Below are positions 31,877-41,594 of a stretch of DNA of 64,000 bases, one piece after another (positions within the stretch are counted from its first letter, which is position 1; every line of letters starts with the position of its first letter). The DNA is from Polyangiaceae bacterium (GTDB lineage Bacteria > Myxococcota_A > Polyangia > Polyangiales > Polyangiaceae), in NCBI GenBank assembly GCA_035063585.1, contig JAPSGB010000003.1:64001-128000 (forward strand), in the 5' to 3' direction. The position numbers and the translations under genes are program-made. The notes beneath the pieces are model-generated. The model saw only the letters and a program-made list of their open reading frames with translations, was not told the origin of the DNA and ran no database searches.

Positions 31877-33274
31877 TCAGCTCATGTGCTCGATGATCGC
31901 CTTGCCGAACTCCGAGCACTTCACCTCTCTCGCGCCGTCCATGAGGCGCGCGAAATCATAGGTGACCGTCTTCGAGCCGATGGCGCCATCGATGCCGCGG
32001 ATGACGAGCTCGGCGGCCTCCGTCCAGCCCAGGTGGCGGAGCATCATCTCGCCGCTCAGGATGACCGAGCCGGGGTTCACCTTGTCGAGGCCGGCGTACT
32101 TCGGCGCGGTGCCGTGGGTCGCCTCGAAGATCGCGTGGCCGGTGTCGTAGTTGATGTTGCCGCCGGGCGCGATGCCGATGCCGCCGACCTGCGCCGCGAG
32201 CGCGTCGGAGAGGTAGTCGCCGTTCAGGTTCATGGTGGCGATCACGCTGAACTCCTTGGCGCGGGTCAGGACCTGCTGGAGCGTGATGTCCGCGATGCTG
32301 TCGCGGATGAGCAGCATCGCTCTCCACTTACCGTCGCCATGGGTGGGCAGGAGCTTCATCGCCGCCTCGACCTCGGCGCGGAGCTCGGCCTGCGACTCGG
32401 GCGGCGCCATGTCGTACCCGGGCTCGACCAGCTTGGCGTTCTCCTCGGCGGTGAGCTTCGGGTTCTTCTCGAGGTTGCCGAAGATCCAGCTCTCGCGCTC
32501 GGTCACGATCTGGCTCCGGAACTCGCGCTTGGCGAGCGCGTAGCCCCAGTCGCGGAAGCCGCCCTCGGTGAACTTCATGATGTTGCCCTTGTGCACGAGC
32601 GCCACGTTCGAGCGCTTCTCGCGGAGCGCGTACTCGATGGCCGCGCGGACCAGCCGCTCGGTGCCCTCTCGCGACACGGGCTTGATGCCGATCCCGCTCG
32701 TCTCGGGGAAGCGGATCTTCTTCACGCCCATCTCCTTCTGGAGAAAATCGATGAGCCGCTTCGCCTCGGGCGACTCGGCCTGCCACTCGACCCCGGCGTA
32801 GATGTCCTCGGTGTTCTCGCGGAAGATGACGATGTCCACGTCCCCCGGCTTCTTCACCGGGCTCGGCACGTTGGTGAACCAGCGCACCGGGCGCAGGCAC
32901 ACGTAGAGATCCAGCTGTTGGCGGAGCGCGACGTTCAGCGAGCGGATGCCCTTGCCGACCGGGGTCGTGAGCGGCCCCTTGATGCCGACCAGATACTTCC
33001 GGTACGCCGCCACCGTCTCGTCGGGGAGCCAGTCGTCGAACTTCTTCTTGGCCTTCTCGCCGGCGTAGACCTCATACCAGGCGATCTTCTTCTTGCCGCC
33101 GTAGGCCTTGGCGACCGCCGCGTCGAGCACCGCCTGCGACGCGCGCCAGATGTCCGGGCCGGTGCCGTCTCCCTCGATGAAGGGCAAAATCGGCTGGTTC
33201 GGCACCTCGAGCTTGCCGGAGTTCATGCGGACGGCGTCACCATGCGTGGGGGCTTCGAAGGTCATGCCGGGCAC
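31877..33274 (-). CDS. icd: NADP-dependent isocitrate dehydrogenase
   Basis: [55 protein letters not shown]. Confidence 0.97.
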   Translation of the reverse strand: MPGMTFEAPTHGDAVRMNSGKLEVPNQPILPFIEGDGTGPDIWRASQAVLDAAVAKAYGGKKKIAWYEVYAGEKAKKKFDDWLPDETVAAYRKYLVGIKGPLTTPVGKGIRSLNVALRQQLDLYVCLRPVRWFTNVPSPVKKPGDVDIVIFRENTEDIYAGVEWQAESPEAKRLIDFLQKEMGVKKIRFPETSGIGIKPVSREGTERLVRAAIEYALREKRSNVALVHKGNIMKFTEGGFRDWGYALAKREFRSQIVTERESWIFGNLEKNPKLTAEENAKLVEPGYDMAPPESQAELRAEVEAAMKLLPTHGDGKWRAMLLIRDSIADITLQQVLTRAKEFSVIATMNLNGDYLSDALAAQVGGIGIAPGGNINYDTGHAIFEATHGTAPKYAGLDKVNPGSVILSGEMMLRHLGWTEAAELVIRGIDGAIGSKTVTYDFARLMDGAREVKCSEFGKAIIEHMS

Positions 33275-33371
33275 CTATCGCAGCGCATAGCGGGGAGCAA
33301 CCCCGAGGTGTCAGCACGGATGATGCCGGTTCGGCGCGGCCGGCGGCGCGTGAGGACGCGTTCGGCGCGCC

Positions 33372-34088
33372 TCAGCAGCCGCAACCGCTGCAGTTCGCGC
33401 AGGCGGTGCTCCACTGGCAGCTCGAGAGGCAGAACTGCCACGACGAGCCCCCGCAGCAGCGCCAGTTGGTCCCGGCCTTGTACTCGCACGCGTTGCCTGC
33501 CGCGAGCGCGCACGCGCCCCACTGGCAGTCGTTCCCGCACGTCTGCTCCGCGCAGGGGTCGCAGCCGCCCGGCTGCTTCGTGCCGGGCGAGCACGCCTTC
33601 TCGCCGCCGCACGCGCCGTAGTCGCCCCAGGTGCAGTCGCTCTGGCAGGTGCGCGTCCGCTTGCCGCAGTTGCCGCAGGCCTGGTCTTCGGTGTCGTTCG
33701 GGTGGCACGCGCCCTCGTCGGCGCAGCTCGCGGGGCCCCAGGTGCCGTCGTCCAGACACGTCTGGCGGTTCGCGCCGCAGTTGCCGCACTCGCCGAGGTC
33801 CTGCGTCGTTCCGGGCGTGCAGCCGCTCGCGCCGCCGGCCACGCCGCCCCCACCAGCCGAGCCGCTCACCCCGGCGGCGCCGCCGGTGGCCGGTGCGCCG
33901 CCGGCGCCTGCTCGACCGCCCGCTCCGCCCGCTTCGGCGCCGGCCTCCGGGGCCGGCAGCTCGTTGCTGGCCGTTCCGTTCGGCGAGCTGCACCCGACCA
34001 GCGCCGCCAACGCAGACGCAGACACAGACGCGTAGAGCAGCGCGCTCGCCGAGGTGAGCGCGAGCCGAGCGAACCGAACCGTCGCCAC
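33372..34088 (-). CDS. Cysteine-rich repeat lipoprotein
   Basis: Hydrophobic leader ending LVGC; Gly-rich linker; repeated C.PG/N..Q..CG.CG...TC...WG..C units. Start uncertain. Confidence 0.65.
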   Translation of the reverse strand: MATVRFARLALTSASALLYASVSASALAALVGCSSPNGTASNELPAPEAGAEAGGAGGRAGAGGAPATGGAAGVSGSAGGGGVAGGASGCTPGTTQDLGECGNCGANRQTCLDDGTWGPASCADEGACHPNDTEDQACGNCGKRTRTCQSDCTWGDYGACGGEKACSPGTKQPGGCDPCAEQTCGNDCQWGACALAAGNACEYKAGTNWRCCGGSSWQFCLSSCQWSTACANCSGCGC

Positions 34089-34167
34089 GATGCGCGCATC
34101 ATACCCGGTTTCGCCTCGCCGCTGCGAGCGGAACTTCCGTGACCGAGCCCGTGGTATCGTCCTTCGC

Positions 34168-36183
34168 GTGCGGCTCGTGGTGCTCGCTTCGGGGCTCGCC
34201 CTCACCGCCGCGGCGTGCTCGCCAGCGAGCGACGAAGCCGCTCGGACGCCGACGCGCGTCCGCGCCGACTACGCGGCGACCGGCGATTTTTACGCGCGGC
34301 CGTTCCCGGACGACGCGCGCCTGACCGCCGAGGGCCGGCCCGATCTCTCCGGGTTCCCGCGCGCCGAGGGCTCGGTGTTCCTCCAGAAGACCATCGCGCT
34401 CGCGGAGCGCGACGCGCGCGGATTCGCGACCACCGCCGGCGTCTACTTCGCGCTCGACGGCCCGCTCGAACGGAGCGTCGAGGCGGATTTCTCGGCGAGC
34501 CTCGCGCCCGAGGCGGGGGTCTTCCTGGTGAACCTCGCGAGCGGCGAGCGCGCGCCGGTGCGCGTGCACTTCGATGCGGACGGCGGGCCCTTCGGCGCGC
34601 CCAACCTGCTCGCCTTGAGCCCGCTCCAAGGGCGCCCGCTCGCGCCGCGGGCGCGCTACGCCGCGGTGGTCAGGCGCACCGTGCGCGACGCCGCGGGCGC
34701 GTCGCTCGGGGTCCCGCGTTCGCTCGCGGAGCTCATCGCGGGGCGCGTGCCCGAGGGGATGAGCGCGGCCGTCGCGGAGGAGCACTCGGACGCGCTCGCG
34801 CGGCTCGCCGAGCTCGGCGTCCCCTCGAGCTCGCTCGCCGGTCTCGCCGTGTTCACCACCGACGACCCGGTGGCGGGTCTCGCGGCGGTGCGAGCGGCCA
34901 TGCTCGCGCGCCCGCTCCCTCGGCCGGTCGAGCCGTTTCGAGCGGACGAGACCTTCGACGACTTCTGCGTGTTCTCGTCCACCATCGACATGCCCGACTA
35001 CCAGAGCGGCACGCCGCCCTTCAATGAGGTCGGGGGGGACTGGCGCTTCGACGACGCGGGCGCGCCCATCTTCCAGCGCGACGAGCCCGCGCGCCTGGTG
35101 GTCACGGTGCCGCGCGGGAAGATGCCGCCGGCCGGCTTCCCGATCGTGCTCCTCAGCCGCACCGGCGCCGGCGGCGATCGCCCCCTCGTCGATCGCGGCG
35201 TGCAGCCCGCGACCGGAGAGCCCGCGCTCGAGCCCGGTACCGGGCCGGCGCTCGAGTTCGCCCGGGTCGGCTGGGCGGGCGCGAGCGTCGATGGCCCCCA
35301 CGGCGGGCTCCGCAACGTCACGGCCCGCGACGAGCAGTTCCTGATGTTCAACATCACGAACCCCGCGGCGCTCCGCGACAACGTCCGGCAGTCCGCCGCC
35401 GAGCTCGCGCTCCAGGCGCACGTGCTCGCGGCGCTCTCGTTCGACGCCTCGTCGTGCCCTGGGCTCGACACCGGTGGCGCGCCGGTGCGCTTCGACGCGA
35501 GCCGGCTCGCGCTCATGGGCCACAGCATGGGCGGGACGATCGCGCCCCTCACCCTCGCGGTGGAGCCCGGATTTCACGCCGCCATCTTGAGCGGCGCGGG
35601 CGGGAGCTACATCGAGAACGTGCTCTACAAGCTCCACCCGGTGCCGGTGAAGGGCCCGGCCGAGCTCCTGCTCGGCGTGGCGGGGCAGTACTCGCTCACC
35701 GAGCAGGATCCGGCGCTGAACCTCTTCCAGTGGGCGGCGGAGCCGGCCGATCCCCCGGTCTACGCGCCCTATGTCGTCCACGCGCCGCGCGAGGGCACGC
35801 CGACGAGCGTGCTCATGGTGCAGGGCATCGTCGATCACTACATCATGCCGACCATCTCCCAGGCGACCAGCCTCTCGCTCGGCCTCGATCTGGCCGGTGA
35901 GGCGCTCGACGAGGACACGCCCGAGATTGCGACGTTCCCGACGCTGGCCGCGCGCCTCCCGTTCTCGGGCCGAGCGCGGGTGGCGCTCCCGGCGCGCGCC
36001 AACATCGATCCCGAGACGACCGCAGTCGTCGTGCAAGCTCGCGAGGACGGCGTCGAGGACGGCCACGAGGTCATCTTCCAGACGGAGGGGCCGAAGCGGC
36101 AGTACCGCTGCTTTCTCGCGAGCTTCGCGGCGGGCGCGCCCACCGTGCCGCCGCCGAGCCCGGAGAGCGGGCCATGTCCTTGA
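34168..36183 (+). CDS. Secreted alpha/beta-hydrolase (lipase-like) lipoprotein
   Basis: Lipobox AAAC; PFPDD and PLAPRARYAAVV N-terminal domain; RDNVRQ; nucleophile elbow GHSMG; C-terminal DGH. Confidence 0.75.
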   Translation: MRLVVLASGLALTAAACSPASDEAARTPTRVRADYAATGDFYARPFPDDARLTAEGRPDLSGFPRAEGSVFLQKTIALAERDARGFATTAGVYFALDGPLERSVEADFSASLAPEAGVFLVNLASGERAPVRVHFDADGGPFGAPNLLALSPLQGRPLAPRARYAAVVRRTVRDAAGASLGVPRSLAELIAGRVPEGMSAAVAEEHSDALARLAELGVPSSSLAGLAVFTTDDPVAGLAAVRAAMLARPLPRPVEPFRADETFDDFCVFSSTIDMPDYQSGTPPFNEVGGDWRFDDAGAPIFQRDEPARLVVTVPRGKMPPAGFPIVLLSRTGAGGDRPLVDRGVQPATGEPALEPGTGPALEFARVGWAGASVDGPHGGLRNVTARDEQFLMFNITNPAALRDNVRQSAAELALQAHVLAALSFDASSCPGLDTGGAPVRFDASRLALMGHSMGGTIAPLTLAVEPGFHAAILSGAGGSYIENVLYKLHPVPVKGPAELLLGVAGQYSLTEQDPALNLFQWAAEPADPPVYAPYVVHAPREGTPTSVLMVQGIVDHYIMPTISQATSLSLGLDLAGEALDEDTPEIATFPTLAARLPFSGRARVALPARANIDPETTAVVVQAREDGVEDGHEVIFQTEGPKRQYRCFLASFAAGAPTVPPPSPESGPCP

Positions 36184-36221
36184 TTTTCCCACTGCGTGAG
36201 CCAGGCTGAGCTCCTCCGAGG

Positions 36222-37487
36222 GTGCGCGTGGACATCGCCAAGGTCATCGAGGGGCGCTACGTCCTCAAAGAGGAGCTCGGGCGCGGCGGCCTCGGCGTCG
36301 TGTATGCCGCCCACGACGAGCGGCTCGGGCGCGAGGTCGCGCTCAAGCTGCTCTTGCGCGCGGAGCTCGCCATGGCGGATCCGGAGGCGCTCACGCTCTT
36401 GAAGCCGCGTCTCGCGACGGCCCTCTCGCAGGCCTCGCGGCAGCGCTTCTTCCACGAGGCGCGCGCGCTCGCGCGGATAGACAGCCCGCACAGCGTCCGT
36501 ATCCACGACCTCGGCGTGCTCGAGCCCGGGGTCCCGTTCATCGTGATGGAGCGGCTCCGCGGCATGGATCTCGGCGCGTACCTGGCCGAGTGCGGCGGCC
36601 CGCTCCCGCCAGGCGACGCGGTCGGGATCGGCCTCGAGATCGCCACCGGAGCCGCGCACGCCCACGCCGAGCGGCTGATCCACCGCGACCTCAAGCCGCA
36701 GAACGTGTTTCTCCACGTCCATCGCGGCAGGGCCACGGTAAAGCTGCTCGATTTTGGCATCGCCAAGGGGACCAGCGACTACGAGACGCTCACCCGCTCG
36801 GGCGATCTCCTGGGCTCGCTGCCGTACATGTCGCCCGAGCAGCTCTCGCACGCCGCGTCGGTGACGGTGACCAGCGACATCTGGTCGATCGGGGTCACGC
36901 TCTACGAGGCGCTCACCGGGGTCCGCCCGTTCCGGTCGGCGCACCCCGGGCAGCTCCTGCTCGAGATCCAGAGCGTGAACCCGCCGCTCCCGAGCAGCCG
37001 CGCGCGCGGCATCGGCCCGGCGCTCGACGCGCTCGTCCTCCGCTGCCTCGAGAAGGACCCCGCGGCCCGCTTCGCGACCGCCGACGCGCTCGTCCGCGCG
37101 CTCGAGAGCTGCGCGGACGGCGAGCTCGGCGTCGCGGCGCTCGCGGTGCGCGAGGGGTGGCGCGCGGGGGCGGTGATCCGGTTCCCGCTCACGGAGAGTC
37201 AGGTGTTCGGCTCGTCTCCCGAGGCGAACGTGCGGCTCGGCAGCCACCGCGCGGAGCCGCGTCACTTCCGCGTCCGCGGGAGCGTGAGTGGGTTGCTCAC
37301 CCTGGAGGACCTCGGCTCACGCGACGGTACCACGCTGAACGGACGCCGCGTCGGCTCGGCCCCGGTGCGCCCCGGCGACCTCATCGGCGTCGCGGGCGAG
37401 CGCTTCGAGTACCTGGGCCCCGAGCGGCCCAGCGTGCCGCTGCCGCCCGACCTCGAACGCAGCGGCCCGCCCGTGCTCGAATGGTAA
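36222..37487 (+). CDS. Ser/Thr protein kinase with C-terminal FHA domain
   Basis: GRGGLG, VALK, HRDLKPQN, DFG, YMSPE; FHA-like H....LEDLGSRDGTTLNG...PGDLI. Confidence 0.88.
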   Translation: MRVDIAKVIEGRYVLKEELGRGGLGVVYAAHDERLGREVALKLLLRAELAMADPEALTLLKPRLATALSQASRQRFFHEARALARIDSPHSVRIHDLGVLEPGVPFIVMERLRGMDLGAYLAECGGPLPPGDAVGIGLEIATGAAHAHAERLIHRDLKPQNVFLHVHRGRATVKLLDFGIAKGTSDYETLTRSGDLLGSLPYMSPEQLSHAASVTVTSDIWSIGVTLYEALTGVRPFRSAHPGQLLLEIQSVNPPLPSSRARGIGPALDALVLRCLEKDPAARFATADALVRALESCADGELGVAALAVREGWRAGAVIRFPLTESQVFGSSPEANVRLGSHRAEPRHFRVRGSVSGLLTLEDLGSRDGTTLNGRRVGSAPVRPGDLIGVAGERFEYLGPERPSVPLPPDLERSGPPVLEW

Positions 37488-37506
37488 CAGTATATTAGAT
37501 GATTTA

Positions 37507-37692
37507 CTATTGAAGTGTCGTCGGTTCGGCGCGGGGCCGCCGGGCGCGCCGCCGCGGCGCGACGCGGAGGGCGGCCTCCGCCCGCGGAGGCAGCTTGCCG
37601 GTGGCGCGCACCTCGCTGAGCAGCCGGCGGAGCTCGTAGACGGACAGCACGGCGAGCCATGGCGTCCGGGGCGTCGTCTTCGTGTTCGTCAT
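37507..37692 (-). CDS. Small basic hypothetical protein (61 aa)
   Basis: MTNTKTTPRTPWLAVLSVYELRRLLSEVR...; immediately preceded by a sigma54-like promoter. Confidence 0.45.
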   Translation of the reverse strand: MTNTKTTPRTPWLAVLSVYELRRLLSEVRATGKLPPRAEAALRVAPRRRARRPRAEPTTLQ

Positions 37693-37704
37693 GCGGAGGG
37701 CATC

Positions 37705-37720
37705 AGCACGAGCCGTGCCA
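37705..37720 (-). promoter_or_regulatory. Sigma54-like promoter
   Basis: Minus strand TGGCAC-GGCTC-GTGCT, with GG-N10-GC spacing intact. Confidence 0.55.
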
Positions 37721-37880
37721 GGGCGAATCGCCGGAACTTCTCGAGGTTCCCGGGGTCCCGGCCTCCGGAGCCGTGGCCCGGCGGGCACAGCCGCGCGACG
37801 CGGTTGCCACGCGAACCGTGCTTCGCACCTCGACGCCTCGGCCTCGGCCGGCGCGCGGCGAGGTAACCTCGGGGTGACGG

Positions 37881-39788
37881 ATGACTTCCGCTCCGGCAAG
37901 ACCTCGCGAGTGGCTCGAGCCCGACGGGCTCGGTGGCTTTGCCTCCGGGACCACCGAGCTCTTTCGCACGCGGCGCTACCACGGGCTCCTGGTCGCCGCG
38001 GCGAGCCCGCCCGCCGATCGGCGGATGCTCGTGTCGGGGCTCGAGGCGTGGCTCACGACCGCTCGCGGTCGGCGCGCGCTCTCCGCGCAGCGCTACGCGC
38101 CCGGCGTCGTGTTCCCGGACGGCGCCTCGCGGCTCGAGAGCTTCGCGGCCGAGCCCTGGCCGACCTTCACCTTCGACGTGGATGGCCTCAGACTCGAGCA
38201 CGAGCTCTTCATGGTGCACGGCGCGCCGCTCGTGGTGCTCTCGTGGAGCGCGGCTCGGTCCGCGCCGCTCGCGCGCGACGCGCCCGTCACGCTCGAGGTG
38301 CGGCCGCTGCTCGCCGGGCGCGACTTCCACGCGCTCATGCGCGAGAACGGCGCGTTTCGTTTCGAGCCCGAGCGGCGCGGCGAGCGGCTCGAGTTCCGCC
38401 CTTATGACGGGGTTCCCGAGCTCGTCGTGCTCTCCGACGGCGTCTACGCGCACGCCCCCGACTGGTATCGGAACTTCCTCTACGCCGAAGAGCACGCGCG
38501 CGGGCTCGACGCGACCGAGGATCTGGCCTCACCCGGCGTCTTCACCTGGGAGCTCGACCAGGGTCCGGCCACGCTGGTCTTCGCCATGAAGTCTCCGGAG
38601 GCCGAGGAGCTGCTGGTCGGTCCGGCGCGGAACCTCGCGGCGCGCCTGCGCGACCGCGAGCGCGCTCGTCGCGGCGCGTTCCCGTCGCGCGTGGCGCGCG
38701 CGGCGGACGCGTACCTGGTACGTCGTGGCGCCGGGCGCACCATCATCGCCGGCTACCCGTGGTTCGGCGACTGGGGTCGCGACACCTTCATCTCGCTGCG
38801 CGGGCTCGCCTTGGCGACCGGACGCTTCGACGATGCGCGCGACATCTTGGTCGAGTGGGCGGGCGCGGTGAGCGAGGGCATGCTGCCGAATCGCTTCCCC
38901 GACCACGGCGAGGCCCCCGAGTACAACTCCGTGGACGCCTCGCTCTGGTACGTGATCGCGGTGGCGGAGCTCCTCCGCGCGGCGCCGGGCGCGGTCCGCC
39001 CCGAACAGCGCGGCGCGCTCTGCGCCGCCGTCTCGGCGATCCTCGACGGCTACACGCGGGGCACCCGCTATGGGATCCGCATGGATCCGCGAGACGCGCT
39101 CCTCCGCGCGGGCGAGCCCGGCGTGCAGCTCACCTGGATGGACGCCAAGATCGGCGACTACGTGGTCACCCCGCGCATCGGCAAGCCGGTGGAGGTCCAG
39201 GCGCTCTGGATCAACGCGCTCGCGATCGGGGCCGAGCTCGACGAGCGCTGGCGCGCGCCGTACGAGCGCGGGGTCGCGAGCTTTGGCGCGCGCTTCTGGA
39301 ACGCCGAGCAGGGCTGCCTCTTCGACGTGCTCGAGCCCGACGACGCCGCGCTCCGGCCGAACCAGATCTTCGCGGTCGGCGGCCTGCCGCACGCGCTCCT
39401 CGCGGGTGAGCGTGCGCGCCGGGTGGTCGAGCGGGTCGAGGAGGCGCTCGTGACGCCGCTCGGGCTCCGCAGCCTCGCGCCGGGCGAGCCCGGGTACCGC
39501 GCGCGTTATGAGGGCGGCGTGTTCGAGCGCGACTCGGCGTACCATCAAGGCACCGTGTGGCCGTGGCTCATGGGGCCGTTCGTCGAGGCGTGGCTCCGCG
39601 TGGGCAAGAGCCGGGACGAGGCACGGCGGCGCTTCCTCGCGCCGCTCCGCGCCGCGCTCGACGCCTGGGGCGTCGGTCACTTGCCCGAGATCGCCGACGC
39701 GGAGCCGCCGCTGACGCCGCGCGGCTGTCCGTTCCAGGCGTGGTCGCTCGGCGAGCTGCTCCGCATCGAGCGGCTGCTCGCGGACTAG
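37881..39788 (+). CDS. Glycogen debranching enzyme (amylo-alpha-1,6-glucosidase)
   Basis: EWLE.DGLGGFASGT, RRYHGLL, IAGYPWFGDWGRDT, YNSVDASLW, LTWMDAK, RPNQ, YHQGTVWPW, GCPFQAWS. Confidence 0.93.
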   Translation: MTSAPARPREWLEPDGLGGFASGTTELFRTRRYHGLLVAAASPPADRRMLVSGLEAWLTTARGRRALSAQRYAPGVVFPDGASRLESFAAEPWPTFTFDVDGLRLEHELFMVHGAPLVVLSWSAARSAPLARDAPVTLEVRPLLAGRDFHALMRENGAFRFEPERRGERLEFRPYDGVPELVVLSDGVYAHAPDWYRNFLYAEEHARGLDATEDLASPGVFTWELDQGPATLVFAMKSPEAEELLVGPARNLAARLRDRERARRGAFPSRVARAADAYLVRRGAGRTIIAGYPWFGDWGRDTFISLRGLALATGRFDDARDILVEWAGAVSEGMLPNRFPDHGEAPEYNSVDASLWYVIAVAELLRAAPGAVRPEQRGALCAAVSAILDGYTRGTRYGIRMDPRDALLRAGEPGVQLTWMDAKIGDYVVTPRIGKPVEVQALWINALAIGAELDERWRAPYERGVASFGARFWNAEQGCLFDVLEPDDAALRPNQIFAVGGLPHALLAGERARRVVERVEEALVTPLGLRSLAPGEPGYRARYEGGVFERDSAYHQGTVWPWLMGPFVEAWLRVGKSRDEARRRFLAPLRAALDAWGVGHLPEIADAEPPLTPRGCPFQAWSLGELLRIERLLAD

Positions 39789-41425
39789 CCGCGCCGTCGT
39801 CGGCGCGCGGCGAGCGCGAGCGCCGCGGCGAGCGCGAGCGCCGCCGCGCTCGAGCGGCTGGCAGGAGCGAGCCGGCAGCCGCAGCCCGATGAGTCCTCCG
39901 CGGCGCCGCCGCCCGTGGTTCCGCCGGTCGAGGCGTCCCCCGGCCCGTTCGCCGCGCCGCCGCTGGCCGCGCCGCCGCTGGCCGCGCCGCCGCTGGCCGC
40001 GCCGCCGCTGGCCGCGCCGCCGCTCGCCGTGCCTCCGTCGCGGCCCGCAGCGCCGCCCGCTCCGCTCACCCCGCCGTCGGCCGGCTCGACCGACGGATCG
40101 TGCCACTCGTAGGCGCCGAGATCGACGCCGGCGCCCTGCGGCCGCGCGATCCCGTCCGCGTCGAGCGGCGGGGCGAGCTCCGCGCTCCCGGTGTCGACCG
40201 CGGGCGCGTTCGGGAGGAGATGGAGATCGAAGCTCGCCGGATCCACGAAAAACGCGGCGAGGTCGGTGAGCTTCGTGTCGTGGTCCTCCGTGACGTTCGT
40301 GCCGCTCACCTTGAACGCGGTCGCGAGGTTGTTTCGGACCACGACGTTCTCGCTCGGGGTGCCGTCCTTGTGAGCGGTCACCATGATCCAGGGCGGACCG
40401 GGCGTGCGATCGTTCACGTCGATGACGGTGTTGTTCACGATCCGGGAGTCCCTCATCCCGTAGAAGCTGATCCCGTGCCAGTGATCGGTGATGACCACGT
40501 TGTTCTCGACCACCCAGCCCTCGAAGAAGCCGTCGAAGCAGCCGATGCCCTGCATCGTGGCCTGGAGCGGTTGGTTCGGATCCGAGCGGTTGATGAACAC
40601 GTTGCCGCGGAGCACGACGCCCTTCACGGCGCCGGTGCCGACGCCGCCCGAGCCCACCGACCAGCTCTGGAACCCGTCGTCGTGGTTGCCGTCGCCGTCG
40701 TCGTCGCCCACGTAGCAGTCTTTCACGACGTTGTACTGAAAGACGCCGTCGTCGCCGAGCCCGCGGAGGCCGTCGGCGGAGAACCCAACCACGCGGTTCC
40801 TGTCGATGCGCGCGCGGGGCCCGGAGACGCTGATCCCGAAGCGCACGTTCTCGAGCTCGCAGTTCGCGATGGTCACGTCCGCCCCCGCGACGCTGATCCC
40901 GCTGCTCGCGACGTCGATCCAGTCGCTCGCGCCCCATCCGCTCGCGTCAGGGACGCTGAAGAGCTTCGCGCCGTCGATGGTGATGCGCGCGCTCGCGCCG
41001 TCGATGGTGATGAGCGTCCCGCCTCCCGCGGCGCCGTCGAAGGACGGGCTCACCGTGAGGCCGCGCACGGTGACCCCCTTGGTTCCCTTGAAGGTGAGCT
41101 TGCTTGCGGTCGGTGTGGCGCCGGGCGCGGCCGCGAGCACGATCGGCGGCGCGTAGTCCCCGGCGCCGAGCGAAGGCGCGCCGTGCGAACCGCTGCGGAG
41201 CCACACGGTGTCGCCGGCGGCGATGGTCGAGCCGAACGCGCCGCTCTTCACCACCTGCTCGAGCGTCTTCCAAGGTTTCGCGGAGCTGCCGTCACCCGCG
41301 TCCGAGCCCGCCGCGGGGTCGACGTAGAAATCCGCCGCGCGCGCGACCGATGGTGCGAGGAGCGCGAGCCCGAAGGCGCCGAGCGTGAGCGTGCCGATCC
41401 GTGAGCGTCGAGTTCCCATGGCCAT
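39785..41425 (-). CDS. Secreted beta-helix protein with MYXO-CTERM-type anchor
   Basis: Signal peptide; YVDP..GSD.GDGS..KPWKT; parallel beta-helix repeats; HDDGFQ; DLGAYE; Gly linker; SGCGCR + TM + RRRR. Confidence 0.8.
   Translation of the reverse strand: MAMGTRRSRIGTLTLGAFGLALLAPSVARAADFYVDPAAGSDAGDGSSAKPWKTLEQVVKSGAFGSTIAAGDTVWLRSGSHGAPSLGAGDYAPPIVLAAAPGATPTASKLTFKGTKGVTVRGLTVSPSFDGAAGGGTLITIDGASARITIDGAKLFSVPDASGWGASDWIDVASSGISVAGADVTIANCELENVRFGISVSGPRARIDRNRVVGFSADGLRGLGDDGVFQYNVVKDCYVGDDDGDGNHDDGFQSWSVGSGGVGTGAVKGVVLRGNVFINRSDPNQPLQATMQGIGCFDGFFEGWVVENNVVITDHWHGISFYGMRDSRIVNNTVIDVNDRTPGPPWIMVTAHKDGTPSENVVVRNNLATAFKVSGTNVTEDHDTKLTDLAAFFVDPASFDLHLLPNAPAVDTGSAELAPPLDADGIARPQGAGVDLGAYEWHDPSVEPADGGVSGAGGAAGRDGGTASGGAASGGAASGGAASGGAASGGAANGPGDASTGGTTGGGAAEDSSGCGCRLAPASRSSAAALALAAALALAARRRRRG
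39951..40025 (-). repeat. Five 15-bp tandem repeats encoding (SGGAA)n linker
   Basis: GCCGCGCCGCCGCTG x5 on the plus strand. Confidence 0.9.
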
Positions 41426-41594
41426 CCTTCCCCTTGCTGCTCGAGCATGATGTCACGTCGCGCGGCGTGAACGGTCAGGATCTTGCGCCACCCGGGCGGT
41501 CGCGCGCGGTCCGGCCCGGCTCGCTTGCCCGGCCGGGGTATCCCGGGCCCGGCGGGCGCCTCGAGGCGGTGGCGCGTCGCGACGCCCGGGCCGG

